Source of the DNA: an uncultured Phycisphaerales bacterium | GTDB lineage: Bacteria > Planctomycetota > Phycisphaerae > Tepidisphaerales > Tepidisphaeraceae | Length of the DNA: 64,000 nucleotides | Assembly: GCA_963844715.1 (NCBI GenBank) | Contig: CAWJPJ010000008.1 | Span: 32,001-96,000 of the forward strand | Direction: 5' to 3' | Shown here: in pieces, positions 42,309 through 52,621 of the stretch | Layout: the number at the start of each line of letters is the position of its first letter | Position numbering within the stretch: position 1 is the first letter of the stretch | Translations under genes and position numbers: made by a program | Notes under the pieces: model-generated | What the model was told of the DNA's origin: nothing | Database searches by the model: none | Seen by the model: the letters and a program-made list of their open reading frames with translations, nothing else

Positions 42309-42900
42309 CTAGCGAGCGTCCTGTTGGATATTCTGCGCGATAAAGTCCATCGCTTGCGCCAGCGTGTGAACCACGGCATCGGGTTCGACGCCGGTGTTCA
42401 CTTCCGTGGCGGGCGAGCGCGGCAACTCGGGATCAACAAACAGGATCGTGCGGCAGCCCACTTCCTGCCCCGCCTCCATGTCGCGCGGGGCGTCGCCGAT
42501 CATCCATGAAGCGGCCAGGTCAATCTCCATCGCCTTGGCGGCTCTTAGAAGCATTCCCGGCTTGGGCTTTCGCAGATTGCTGTCCTTGCGATATTTTTCC
42601 ACGACGGCCTGCGGATGAAACGGGCAATATTCGTGCTGATTGATGATGGCCTTGGGATTTTGGCGTGCGAGTAGTTCATCCATTTTACGATTGACGGCGA
42701 ACACGGCATCCTCGCCGAAGAGTCCGCGCGCACACCCCCGATTGGTTGCTCACCGTGACGACGAGAAAGCCGAGATCGCGCGCCCTTGCGACGGCATCGG
42801 CAGCGCCGTCGATCAGTTCGACGAGATTCGGGTCGCCGAGATAGCCGTCGCTGACGATAAGCGTGTTATCCCGGTCGAAGAAGATCTCGCGCTGGAGCAT
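42309..42900 (-). CDS. gmhB: Heptose-1,7-bisphosphate phosphatase (HAD-IIIA; frameshifted)
   Basis: IFFDRDNTL, VTVSNQSG, YCPFHP, RKPKPGML, SWMIGD..RD. Confidence 0.85.
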
Positions 42901-42909
42901 GCGCCGGGA

Positions 42910-44433
42910 TTATCGCCTTGCTAGAAGAATCCGCCAAGCAAGGCGGCGGCGGTTTGCTGGGTCAGGGAAAGGACAAAAACCCAGGGGAGGACGCCGAGCA
43001 GGACGATGCAGATGAGCAGGGGGATGAGGATCGCCAGTTCGCGCTGATCGAGATCGGGGTAGGGGGTGTGGGGCTGGCGCGGGTACCCGAGGAATATTTT
43101 GCCGTAAGCGCCCAGGCACGCGGCGGCGGTGATGAGGAAAGTGGAACAGGCGAGCAGGCCCGTCAGCCGCCAGCCAAAGTGCGCCCCACCGCCCGACCCC
43201 GGCGCTGAAGACGCCGATGAGGGTCAGAAGTTGCCCGACGAAGAGACAAAGTCCCGGCACGCCGATGGCCGCCAGCAGGGCGACGAAGCCGATCCCTGAC
43301 AAGGCGGGCATCTCCGCTCCGACGCCGCCGAAATTGGCGATTTCAGCATGGCCGGCCCGGCTTTCCAGAATATCGGCGGCAACAAGCAGGAGCGCGATGG
43401 CCAGCCTGCGCCGTCAACATGAAGATGGCCGCGCTCACGCCGGCGGAAGCGATGGCGAGCAGGACGTATCCCATCTGAACGACGGCGAGATCCGCGATCA
43501 TGGCTTTGAAATTTGCCCGGGTCAGGGCTCTCCCCGCGCCATAGAGAATGCTGAGCAATCCGAGCAGAACGATCAGCGGGCCCAAACCGCCCGCGACGTG
43601 AGGGAAAAGCGCCCAGGCGACGCGAATCAAGCCATACCCGCCCACGGTGGAGGCGGCGGCAAAAACAATCCCCAGGGCCGCGGGAGATTCGCAGTAAGTT
43701 TCCTCCGCCCAGAAATGCAACGGCACAATCGGCATCCGTGAAGCAAACGCGAGAAACGCCAACAGGAAAAGTGCCTTGCCTCCCCAGCCTTGCGGATATT
43801 GGCGGGCCAGCGCGATCAAGTCCCACGAATGGCAGCGGTCGTGCGCATCGAGCATGACGATGAGAAGGGCCAGCAGGGAAATGACAAACCAGAGGATGAA
43901 AACTTTTCCCGCCGCGGCGCGGCGCGATCGGCCCCACCAGCCGAGCAGAAAAAAAAATCAGCGGGAGCGTCAACACGGCGAATGCGAAAAAAAGCGCAGA
44001 AATCCAGGGCCAGAAAGCTGCCCAGGATCATCGTTTCAAGCAAAAGCAGGAGCGTGAAAAAACCCATCGGCCGCTCGATCATCCACGCGGCCCCGCTGGC
44101 GAGGGAAAAGAGCAGGGCGGTCAGAATCACCAGCGGCAGGCTGAGACCGTCAAGGCCGACGAGATACTGAGCGCCGATGGCCTGGATCCAATCGATGCGC
44201 TGCACGAGTTGGACGACGCCGCCGACGTCGCCGTAGGCGTACGGGCCGGCGGACCGCCAGTCGTAGATCGCGGGGATCGCCGGCAGCAGCGAGAGAAGAA
44301 AGACCGCGATGGCCGTTCCCAGCGCGATCCAGCGGATAACCGCCGGGTGGCGGACGATGAGAATCGCGATCGCGCCGGCGGTCGGCAGAAAAATGAGGAT
44401 CGACAGCAGATAGTGTTGGACGATCTCGATCAT
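42910..44433 (-). CDS. Divergent NuoM-like antiporter subunit (several frameshifts)
   Basis: YLVGLDGLSLPLVILT, PIVPLHFW, GGYGLIR, IGVPGL..FVG; colinear with nuoM at 1796. Confidence 0.8.
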
Positions 44434-44471
44434 GAAAGGGCGGCCGCCGGATAATCTAAGTCAAGTTGCCG

Positions 44472-46461
44472 CTACCGGCCAGAGGCTCGGAGGGTGTCCG
44501 AAGCCCGGCGCAGCAATCCGACCAGGGGCGCCCCGGCTTGATGAGTTTCAACCTGGCCGCCCAGGCGGGCGATCTGGGCGGGCAGCGAGGCGATCACATC
44601 ATCCAGAAAAAGCCGGCGGCGCAGCAGCGTGTGCAGGAACCGGAGCGGCGGAAGCTTCAAAAGCAGATTGGCGGCGGTGAATCCGCGCAGATAAAGCACA
44701 AAACCGAGCAGCAGACCCAGGCCGAACGACCAGGGATAGACGGCGCGAAAAATTCGGGACGCGGCGTCGAGCTGCGCGTGGACCGTGTCGGTCGGGCGAG
44801 CTTCGTCCGTGTCGGCGCGCAAGTCCGTGTCCACCGGCCACGCTTCCAGGAAGCTCCCCGGCGCAGTGCACGGGATTGTCCTCTTGCGCATAACAATAAT
44901 TTTCCGTTTCGCTCACGGCTTGCGCGAGCATCGGCTTGATCTCCAGCAGGCGGCTGCCCCCGATGATGCTGAGCACTGCCAATGCCGCGACGGGGAGCCA
45001 GAGAATGGTGCGCGGGTCGGACGGAGCGTATTCCGCCATCGCGCGCGGCTTGCCCCAGAAAATGAGCATCCAGCAGCGCGTAATCGCCAGAGTCGCGGCG
45101 CCGGCGGCGAGCATGGGAAGGGCGAAGACAATCCAGCACCACCAGGCGTGATGTGCCTGCCACTGGGCAAGCGCGAACGCTCCGGCGTGCGTGAAGATCA
45201 TCTCCTGGCTGAAATACCCGCAAGTAAACGGCGCGCCGGACATCGCTAGGCCGCCAATGCCCATGGCGGTCGCAGTCAGGGGCCGCAGGCGGAGCAGTCC
45301 GCCGTATTGATTCAAATCGCCGCCGCCGTCGCTGGCGCGGGTCACATTCTCGGCGGACAGAAAAAGCAGCGATTTGAAAAAGATGTGCGAAAACAACTGG
45401 AAGAGCGCCCCGATCCAGCTCCCCAGCCCGAGGGCCAGAAAGAGCAGCCCCATTTGCGAAGTCGTGCCCCAGGCGAGGACCTGATCGACATCCGTTTGCA
45501 CGATGCCGATAAACGCCGAGATGCTCCAGGAGAGGAGCCCGGCGACAAGGATCAGGCTCAAAACGCCGTGGGTGAGGAGCGGGAATGTGCGGGCCAGGAG
45601 AATGGTTCCCGCCGCCGCCCCGGCGATGGTTTGCAAAAGAGCGGACGCCGCGTGCGGAGCATGGGCGGCGCTGGCTTGCCACCCTTGCAGCGGAAAGAGC
45701 CGGGATTTTCCGGCGGCGGAGATGAAAAGAAGCAGGCCGACGCCGACGCGCGTGAAATGCCCAATCGGCGCGGGCGGCGTCGCCCCGGCGCGGAGAAGCC
45801 GCGTCAAGTCGGAAAGAGTCAGGTTCCCCATCGTGTGCGTCAGGGTGATCAGCGCCAGAAGGAAGGCGATGTCGGCGGTTGCGCCGACGAGAAATGCGCG
45901 CAGAGCTTGCTGGCGGGCGAGGGGATCGTGTTTGTACGAATTCAATAAATACGCCGCGACGGAAATAAGCTCCCAGAAGATGAAAATTTGCAGCAGGCTC
46001 CCGCTGATCGCCAGGGCCAGCGAGGCGAAGGTGAGGAAATTCAGCACGGTGAAAAAGCGCGGGAAATCCTGATCGTCGGATTGCGAGCCGACGGCGTGCG
46101 CGTGAACCAGCAGAGCGACAAGCGAAACGGCGTTGAAGAGAGCGATGGTCAGGCTGTCCACGTAAATAACCAGATCGACGAATCCCGGATGGTCCTGGGC
46201 AATGCCTCTGCCGATGGGCAGCCATTTGAAGGAGATTTCGATCGGCTTGTCGCCGGGGCCCCAGGTGAGGCCGTAGAGTTGTCCGCCGTTGAACCAGGCG
46301 ATCATTCCCGCCAGGCTGCATGCGACGCTGGCGCCGACAAAGGCGGTAGCAACCCAACCGGCCAGCGGCCGCCCCATGCGCCGGCCGAGGATCGCCAGTA
46401 AAAGAAACGACGCCAGAGGCAGAAGCGTGGCGATGAGCAGAAGAAGGGCCGCCGTGGGCAT
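44472..46461 (-). CDS. Divergent NuoL-like antiporter subunit (frameshift near 44860; 3' end approximate)
   Basis: YVDSLT, FIFWELIS, AGKS..FPL..W, SHIFFKSLLFL; colinear with nuoL at 1..1782. Confidence 0.82.
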
Positions 46462-46470
46462 GGGGAAGGG

Positions 46471-46800
46471 TTATTCCAACAGCGCGTCGATCTTGGCCGC
46501 GCTGATGAAATCGTTTTCGGTTAACCCCCCGGCCGAATGCGTGCTGAAGCGCACCTTGCAGCGGTTGTATCCAACCTCCATGTCGGGATGATGATCTTCG
46601 CGATGCGCCACCCATGCGACGGCGTTCACGAACGCCATCGTGTGATGGTAATTCTCAAACTTGAATGTCCGGGCGATCTCCTTGCCCTGGCGATCCCAAT
46701 CCGGGACCTCGTCCAGGAGCAGCGAAACCTGCGCGTCGGTGAGCGCCGGCGTGCCCGGCGCACAAGCCTTGCAATGCTTTTCCAGGAGCGGCGATTTCAT
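46471..46800 (-). CDS. phhB: 4a-hydroxytetrahydrobiopterin dehydratase
   Basis: HREDHHPDM, STHSAGGLTENDFISAAKID. Confidence 0.9.
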   Translation of the reverse strand: MKSPLLEKHCKACAPGTPALTDAQVSLLLDEVPDWDRQGKEIARTFKFENYHHTMAFVNAVAWVAHREDHHPDMEVGYNRCKVRFSTHSAGGLTENDFISAAKIDALLE

Positions 46801-46806
46801 GGGCGG

Positions 46807-47305
46807 CTATTCTACCACCGATGGCCGTATCTGGCGAGAGCGCTTCATAAAGGGCGATTCCGACGGCCGTCGAGAGGTTCAAACATCGCTCCCCCGAGAT
46901 CTGCGGAATCCGCACGGTTCGGTCGGCATGGGCCGAGAGGAAATCCCTGGGGATGCCGACCGTTTCGCTCCCGAAAATGAGCCAGTCCGTCGGGGCAAAT
47001 CGCGCGTCCCAAAGCGATTTTTCGGCCTTGCTGGAAAAGAGCCGGAAGTTCTCGCCGCTTTGCTCGACGGCCCGGAAGAACGAGGCGTCATCGTCGTGAA
47101 GGGTGAGCTTGAGCCGGTCCCAATAATCCATCGCGCTGCGGCGGAGATTTTTGTCGCTCAGCACAAATCCAAAGGGGCGCACGAGATGCAGATGCGTTCC
47201 CGTGGCCACGCACGATCGGGCGACGTTCCCCGTGTTCGGCGCAATCTGCGGATGGATCAGGGCCAGGTTCAGACGGTGGGGCAGAATGTGCGATTCGGCA
47301 GTCAT
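46807..47305 (-). CDS. trmL: tRNA (cytidine(34)-2'-O)-methyltransferase (late frameshift)
   Basis: PQIAPNTGNVARSC, LRRSAMDYW, FGSETVG, RCLNLS. Confidence 0.9.
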
Positions 47306-47331
47306 GCCAGCTTGGGAGTATACTTTCGCGC

Positions 47332-48459
47332 ATGACCGATCGCGCCGAATATCTTTCCGGCGTCCGTACCGTCGTCGTCAAGCTGGGCACCCAATTGCTC
47401 AGCGACAAAAACGGGCGGCTGGACGCGGCGTTCGTCGCCTCCATCGCGGCGCAACTGGCGAAAATCCGCGCTGGCGGATTGCGCGTGGCCGTCGTCAGTT
47501 CCGGGGCGATCGGGTCGGGATTGGGCGAACTGGGTCTGGCCAAGCGCCCCGCCGATCTGGCGGCATTGCAGGCGGTGGCGGCGATCGGGCAGCGGCGGCT
47601 CATGGACGTCTGGGCCGACGCGTTTGAACCCCACAAATTGCACGTCGCCCAGCTCCTCCTCACCCGCCAGGATATCGACGATCGGTCGCGATTCTTGAAT
47701 CTGCGGAACACCATCCTGGCCGTGCACGAGTTGGGGGGAATCCCGATCATCAACGAGAACGACACCGTGAGCACCGCCGAGCTGGAAAAAATATCCTTCG
47801 GCGACAACGACATCCTCGCGGCCATGGTGGCGCACGCCTTGCGCGCCGATCTGCTGGTGCTGCTGACGGTCGTCGACGGCGTGCTCGATTCGGACGGCAA
47901 GCCGGTCCGGATGGCCGGCAGCGTCGATGACGTTCGCAAACATGTTCGCGACGAAAAATCGGCGCTGGGTCGCGGCGGGATGGATTCGAAATTGCAGGCC
48001 GCGCAGATGGTCACCGACACCGGGGAGATGATGCTGGTCGCCGACGGGCGGATGCCGGATTTGTTTTCACGCCTGCTGGCGGGGGAGGAGATCGGAACTC
48101 TCTTTGCCCCGGCGGGAAAGAAGCGCTCCAGCCGCAGCCGCTGGATCGGGTCGCTGCGACTCAGCGGCATGCTCGTCGTGGACGACGGGGCGCGCAAGGC
48201 GCTGGTCGACCAGAATAAGAGTCTTTTGCCGGCGGGAATCGTGCGTGTCGAAGGGATATTTTCGCGCGGCGACCCCGTCGGAATCGCCGGTGCGGACGGC
48301 GCGCTCATCGGCCGCGGTTTGAGCAATTATTCATCCGAGGACATGGATCGAATCAAGGGAAAAAAGAGCCAGCAAATCCGACAAATGCTCCAGGAAGGGG
48401 CCTACGATGAGGCAGTGCATCGCGATAATCTGGTCCTGGAGCGGGTGAATCAAGCGTAA
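47332..48459 (+). CDS. proB: Glutamate 5-kinase with PUA domain
   Basis: VVVKLGT, VSSGAI, PIINENDTV, FGDNDILA, GGMDSKL, VHRDNLV. Confidence 0.95.
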   Translation: MTDRAEYLSGVRTVVVKLGTQLLSDKNGRLDAAFVASIAAQLAKIRAGGLRVAVVSSGAIGSGLGELGLAKRPADLAALQAVAAIGQRRLMDVWADAFEPHKLHVAQLLLTRQDIDDRSRFLNLRNTILAVHELGGIPIINENDTVSTAELEKISFGDNDILAAMVAHALRADLLVLLTVVDGVLDSDGKPVRMAGSVDDVRKHVRDEKSALGRGGMDSKLQAAQMVTDTGEMMLVADGRMPDLFSRLLAGEEIGTLFAPAGKKRSSRSRWIGSLRLSGMLVVDDGARKALVDQNKSLLPAGIVRVEGIFSRGDPVGIAGADGALIGRGLSNYSSEDMDRIKGKKSQQIRQMLQEGAYDEAVHRDNLVLERVNQA

Positions 48460-48595
48460 GCGGCTGTTTTATCAAGACGTTATTCACTTGCAGAATTTGG
48501 GCCGGATTCACGCGTTTAATGGGTGAAGGACCTAACTCACCGGACTGATAAGTGTCTGGTAAGTTGGAGAAGAAGAAACAAAAAAGGAGAAGGCC

Positions 48596-49060
48596 ATGAA
48601 ACGCCTCATGTTGATTCCGGTTGCCGCTCTGGTGCTTGGGCTTTTGCCCAGCATTGCGTCGGCTGGATCGTTTGTCGGTGTTGGGCTCGGTTACGGCGGG
48701 ATCGGCTTCGGTTATCGCAATCACGGCTGGGGTTTCGGCCTCTCGCTGCCGATCGGCGGGTATTACGGCGGCGGCTACTATGGCGGCGGCGGCTACTACG
48801 GCGGAGGCGGCTACTACGCCGCGCCGGCGTATTACGCCCCACCCGCCTATTACTCGGCGCCCGGCTATGCCTATGCCGCCCCTGGGTATTACGCCCCGCC
48901 CGCTTACTATGCCTCGCCCGCCTATTACCCGACTCCGTATTATGCCCCCGGATACGTTTCGATCTACTACGGCGGAGGATTCCGCGGCGGGTATGGCTGG
49001 GGCGGCAGAGGATACTACTACGGCAGAGGCGGCTGGGGTGGTTATCACTACCACCACTAA
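48596..49060 (+). CDS. Secreted Gly/Tyr/Pro-rich low-complexity protein
   Basis: SD AGGAG; signal peptide ending ASA; GGGYY and YYAPPA repeats; terminator directly downstream. Confidence 0.8.
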   Translation: MKRLMLIPVAALVLGLLPSIASAGSFVGVGLGYGGIGFGYRNHGWGFGLSLPIGGYYGGGYYGGGGYYGGGGYYAAPAYYAPPAYYSAPGYAYAAPGYYAPPAYYASPAYYPTPYYAPGYVSIYYGGGFRGGYGWGGRGYYYGRGGWGGYHYHH

Positions 49061-49082
49061 GTGACCCGTTTCATGGCGGCCC

Positions 49083-50046
49083 TCAAGCCCGCGGAATTTC
49101 CGCGGGCTTCTTTTTTTCGGCAGCCTCTCCAAATCCCAGCCGCTGCCGCACGACATACAATGGCCGCTGCTTCACCTCTTCGTAAATGCGCCCGATGTAT
49201 TCGCCCAGAATTCCCACCGAGATGAGTTGAATCCCGCCCAGGAAGAAGACCGAGAGGATGATCGTCGTGAACCCGGTGTATTCCTTTTTCTCGGTGAAGA
49301 AGGTGATGAAGTAATAAATCGCCAGGATGAAGGCGATGGCCGAGGTGGCGAATCCGAACCAGGTGGCCACGCGAAGGGGCTTGTTGCTGAAGCTGACCAT
49401 CCCGTCCATCGCGTAGCGGATGAGGCGCGCGCAGCGTCTGCTTGGGTTTCCCCGCCGCGCGATCGACGCGATCGTAAAGCACGCTGGTCTGGCGAAACCC
49501 CAGCCAGCTTCGCAGTCCGGGAATGAAGCGATTGCGCTCTGGGAGTTTGTTGAATTCATCCACGACCGAGCGGTCCATCAGCCCGAAGATTCCCGCGTCC
49601 GGAGCATTAGGAAGATCGGTGATGGCGCGAAGGAGCGGATAAAACAAACGAAACCCGATCCCGCGCGCCCCCGTTCGCTGCGGCTGGTCCGCTCGCCGAG
49701 CACAACCTGAAACCCCTCGCGCCATTTGCCGATCATCTGCGGAATAATCTCCGGCGGGTCCTGAAGATCCCCGTCGATCAGCACCACGCAATCCCCCGAG
49801 GCAAAATGAATCCCCGCCGTTACCGCCGGCTGATGCCCAAAATTCCGCGAGAGAATCACCACCTTGATCCGCGCATCCTGCTCGGCAAACTCGCGCAAAA
49901 TCCTCGGCGACTCGTCCCGGCTCCCGTCGTCAACCAGGATCATCTCCCACCCCTCCCCCGAGTTCTGCATCGCGTCCGTGATGCGCTGCCGAAGCTGCGC
50001 TCAGCATCTCCTGCTCATTGAAGATCGGAATAACAATCGAAACCAT
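49083..50046 (-). CDS. GT2 glycosyltransferase (GtrB/ArnC-like; frameshifted)
   Basis: VSIVIPIFNE, VDDGSRD, LSRNFGHQ, DGDLQDPP, GILGEYIGRIYEEVKQRP. Confidence 0.88.
49085..49117 (+). terminator. Intrinsic terminator overlapping the 3' end of the convergent GT2
   Basis: AAGCCCGCGG-AATTT-CCGCGGGCTT followed by a T run. Confidence 0.8.
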
Positions 50047-50110
50047 CCGGCGCGGAATCTTACCTCCCCCGGGCGAGATTGGAAAAACTCGCGACGAAGA
50101 GAAAATGCGA

Positions 50111-50203
50111 ACACAGAGCACACAGAGCCACACAGAGGGCACAGAGTAGAAAGTAAAAAAAGCTATTTCTCTGCGCCCTCTGTGCTCTCTGTGTCCTCTG
50201 TGT
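50111..50203. repeat. Second CACAGAG REP-like inverted array
   Basis: ACACAGAG units 50111-50146 mirrored at 50169-50203; same family as 38219. Confidence 0.8.
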
Positions 50204-50263
50204 CAGTTCTTTTGAATTCAATTGAGATTGCAATTCGCCTCGAATCGCCCCACAATTCCATCC

Positions 50264-50842
50264 ATGGCGGACATGATCAAAGCCTACATCGAGCGCCACG
50301 CCGCGGCCGCGCAGAAGGTCGCCGACGAACTCGCCCCGCAAATCCAGCGGGTCGGGCAAATCCTTTGCGACGCGTTCGGGTCCGGGAAAAAAGTGCTCAC
50401 CTTCGGCAACGGCGGTAGCGCCGCCGATTCGCAGCACCTGGCCGAGGAGATGATCGGCCGCTACGAGCGCAACCGCCGCCCGCTGCCCGCCGTCGCGCTC
50501 ACCTCCGACGGCACCGCCCTCACCTGCATCTCCAACGACTACGGCTTCGACGAAATCTTCGCCCGCCAGGTCGAGGCCCTCGCGAACTCGGGCGACGTCC
50601 TCATCGGCCTCAGCACCTCCGGCAATTCCGCCAATGTCCTAAAGGCCCTGCAAGCAGGAAAGAAAAAGAACGCCATCACCGTGGCCCTCCTGGGCCGCGG
50701 CGGCGGAAAAATCGCCGGCCAGGCGGATCATTCCCTAATCGTTCCCCACGCCAAAACCGCCAACGAAGTCCAGGAGATGCACGTCATGATCGTCCATCTG
50801 CTCTGTGAAATAGTCGATCGCTGGGCGGCTGGGGAGAAGTAA
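50264..50842 (+). CDS. gmhA: D-sedoheptulose-7-phosphate isomerase
   Basis: FGNGGSAADSQH, NDYGF, STSGNS, VQEMH. Confidence 0.92.
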   Translation: MADMIKAYIERHAAAAQKVADELAPQIQRVGQILCDAFGSGKKVLTFGNGGSAADSQHLAEEMIGRYERNRRPLPAVALTSDGTALTCISNDYGFDEIFARQVEALANSGDVLIGLSTSGNSANVLKALQAGKKKNAITVALLGRGGGKIAGQADHSLIVPHAKTANEVQEMHVMIVHLLCEIVDRWAAGEK

Positions 50843-51115
50843 GAACCCTCTAGTCCAGATCCACTTCCACGTCGGGAAACTTTTTGAAATCCCCGTCGAA
50901 AGTTGCGACGGCGATCTTTTCGGCGGCGGCATAGGCCGCGACGACGCAATCGACAAAATGCACTTTCCCGGCGCCGTAGCGATCCAGCGCGTTCAGTTGG
51001 ATGTCGAGATCGGCCAGTTCGACGCCGGGGCTGGAAATCAATTGGCCGAGGGTTTGACTGATTTGCTCGCGAGGGCTGCGGTAAAACGATTCAAGCACAA
51101 AAACGCATTCGGCTA

Positions 51116-52141
51116 GAGCATTTCCCATTTTAAACTAGCGCCATCGATGCTGTTTTGCTAATCTCCGATTCAACAAGGAGGTTGCCATGGCATCGCAAAC
51201 CGCTCTGACCCGTCGATGGATCATGTCGGCGTATCGTGCCGGCAAAGGCACGAAGGAGATTTCCGCGATCTTCGGCCGATGCGAGTCGGCCGTCCGCCGC
51301 GTGCGACAGGATGAACGTGAACGGGGGACGGCCGAACCGCTGCTTCATCTTCGTGGCCGCAAGGGGAAGTTGACCGGCGAGTTGAAGACTCGTTTGAGTC
51401 GGTTCGTGGCCGCCCGGCCGGATGCCACGCTCAACGAGATCAAAGAGAAGTTGGCGCTGGACGTGTCGCTGTCGACGGTCGACCGTTGGCTCAGGAAGCT
51501 GGGCCTCTCCTTTAAAAAAAGTCTCTCCACGCGTCCGAGCAGGATCGGCCCGACGTCGCCGCCGCGCGGACGCAGTGGCGTCGGCGGCTGAAGGACGTCG
51601 ATCCCGAGCGTCTTGTTTTTGTGGATGAATCCGGGGCCAAGACGAACTTCACCCGATTGCGTGGCCGGTGCGGCCGCGGCGAACGGTTGTTGTGCAAGAC
51701 CCCGGCCGGACACTGGAGCACGACCACCATGATCGCCGCGGTTCGGCTCGACGGCGCGACCGCCGGCGCGATTGTTCAAGGGGCGATGGACAGCGATGTT
51801 TTTGTCGCCTGGGTGCGTGAAGCGCTCGTGCCCAGCCTGCGAAGCGGGGACATCGTGGTGATGGACAATTTGCAGCCGCACAAACATTCAGAAGTGCGAC
51901 GCCTGATCGAAGCCGCCGGCTGCGAACTGTGGTTGCTGCCACCCTACTCGCCGGATTTGAATCCGATCGAGATGATGTGGAGCAAAGCGAAGCAACTGAT
52001 CCGCTCGGCGGAGCCCAGAACGTTCGACACCTTGGTCCGGGCTGTGTTCGCGGCAATGGACGCCGTTACGACCGAAGATGCCGCGGGATTTTTCCGCCAT
52101 TGCGGTTACCGCCAGCCGCTAGTTTAATTTGGGAAATGCTC
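51116..52141 (+). mobile_element. IS630-family insertion sequence
   Basis: TIRs GAGCATTTCCCA..TTAAACTAGCG / CGCTAGTTTAA..TGGGAAATGCTC; TA duplication at 51114-51115 and 52142-52143. Confidence 0.95.
51187..52127 (+). CDS. IS630 DDE transposase (two ORFs joined by probable -1 frameshift)
   Basis: HTH ORF 51187; A7G slippery run at 51514-51521; catalytic FVDESG, VMDNL, PYSPDLNPIEMMW. Confidence 0.92.
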
Positions 52142-52272
52142 TAGGACTGCAGGGAGGACGACAAGCTCCAGTTCCCCCCGGTCGCACGCCGCAAACAACC
52201 GGGCGGCAATCTGGGCATTATCCTGAGTCAGGTGGCGGATGATCAGGTTAGTGTCCAGAACCCGCCGGGCGC

Positions 52273-52525
52273 TCATCGCTTCCCCATCCGCCGCAACGCG
52301 GTCTTCGCTGCCGCCTCGCGAATCTGCGCGAAATTAAGCGACTTTCCCTTGTTACTGGCCAAGGCGCCGGCCAATGATTGAGTGCCCGGATGTACCCGGA
52401 TAATGGCGTGATCGCCTTCGACGGCGAACTCAAGCTTGTCTCCGGGCTTGATGTTCAGCGCAGTCCCTGACTTCACCGGGGATGGTCGTTTGGCCTTTGC
52501 TGGTGACCGTTGAATGCAGGGTCAT
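52273..52525 (-). CDS. vapB: AbrB/MazE-type VapB antitoxin (frameshift near 52465)
   Basis: STVTSKGQTTIP.EVR|TALNIKPGDKLEF; ATGA overlap with vapC. Confidence 0.85.
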
Positions 52526-52530
52526 GGATT

Positions 52531-52573
52531 CCTTACTTTATAAATATGCCTTACATTATGATTATGCCTTACA
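52531..52573 (-). promoter_or_regulatory. Probable autoregulatory operator of vapBC
   Basis: CCTTAC at 52531, 52549 and 52567 (18-bp period); TATGCCTTACA twice. Confidence 0.55.
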
Positions 52574-52621
52574 ATCTATCGGGTGGCAAGCCCAATTCCT
52601 TAAGCATTCTATCTTGCCGTT

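Larger units (their letters stand above)
50850..52276 (-). pseudogene. vapC: PIN-domain VapC toxin interrupted by IS630
   Basis: N-part MSARRVLDTNLIIRHL...VVLPAVL (52276-52142) joins in frame with AECVFVLESFY...FVDC...TFD (51113-50850) once the IS is removed. Confidence 0.9.
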
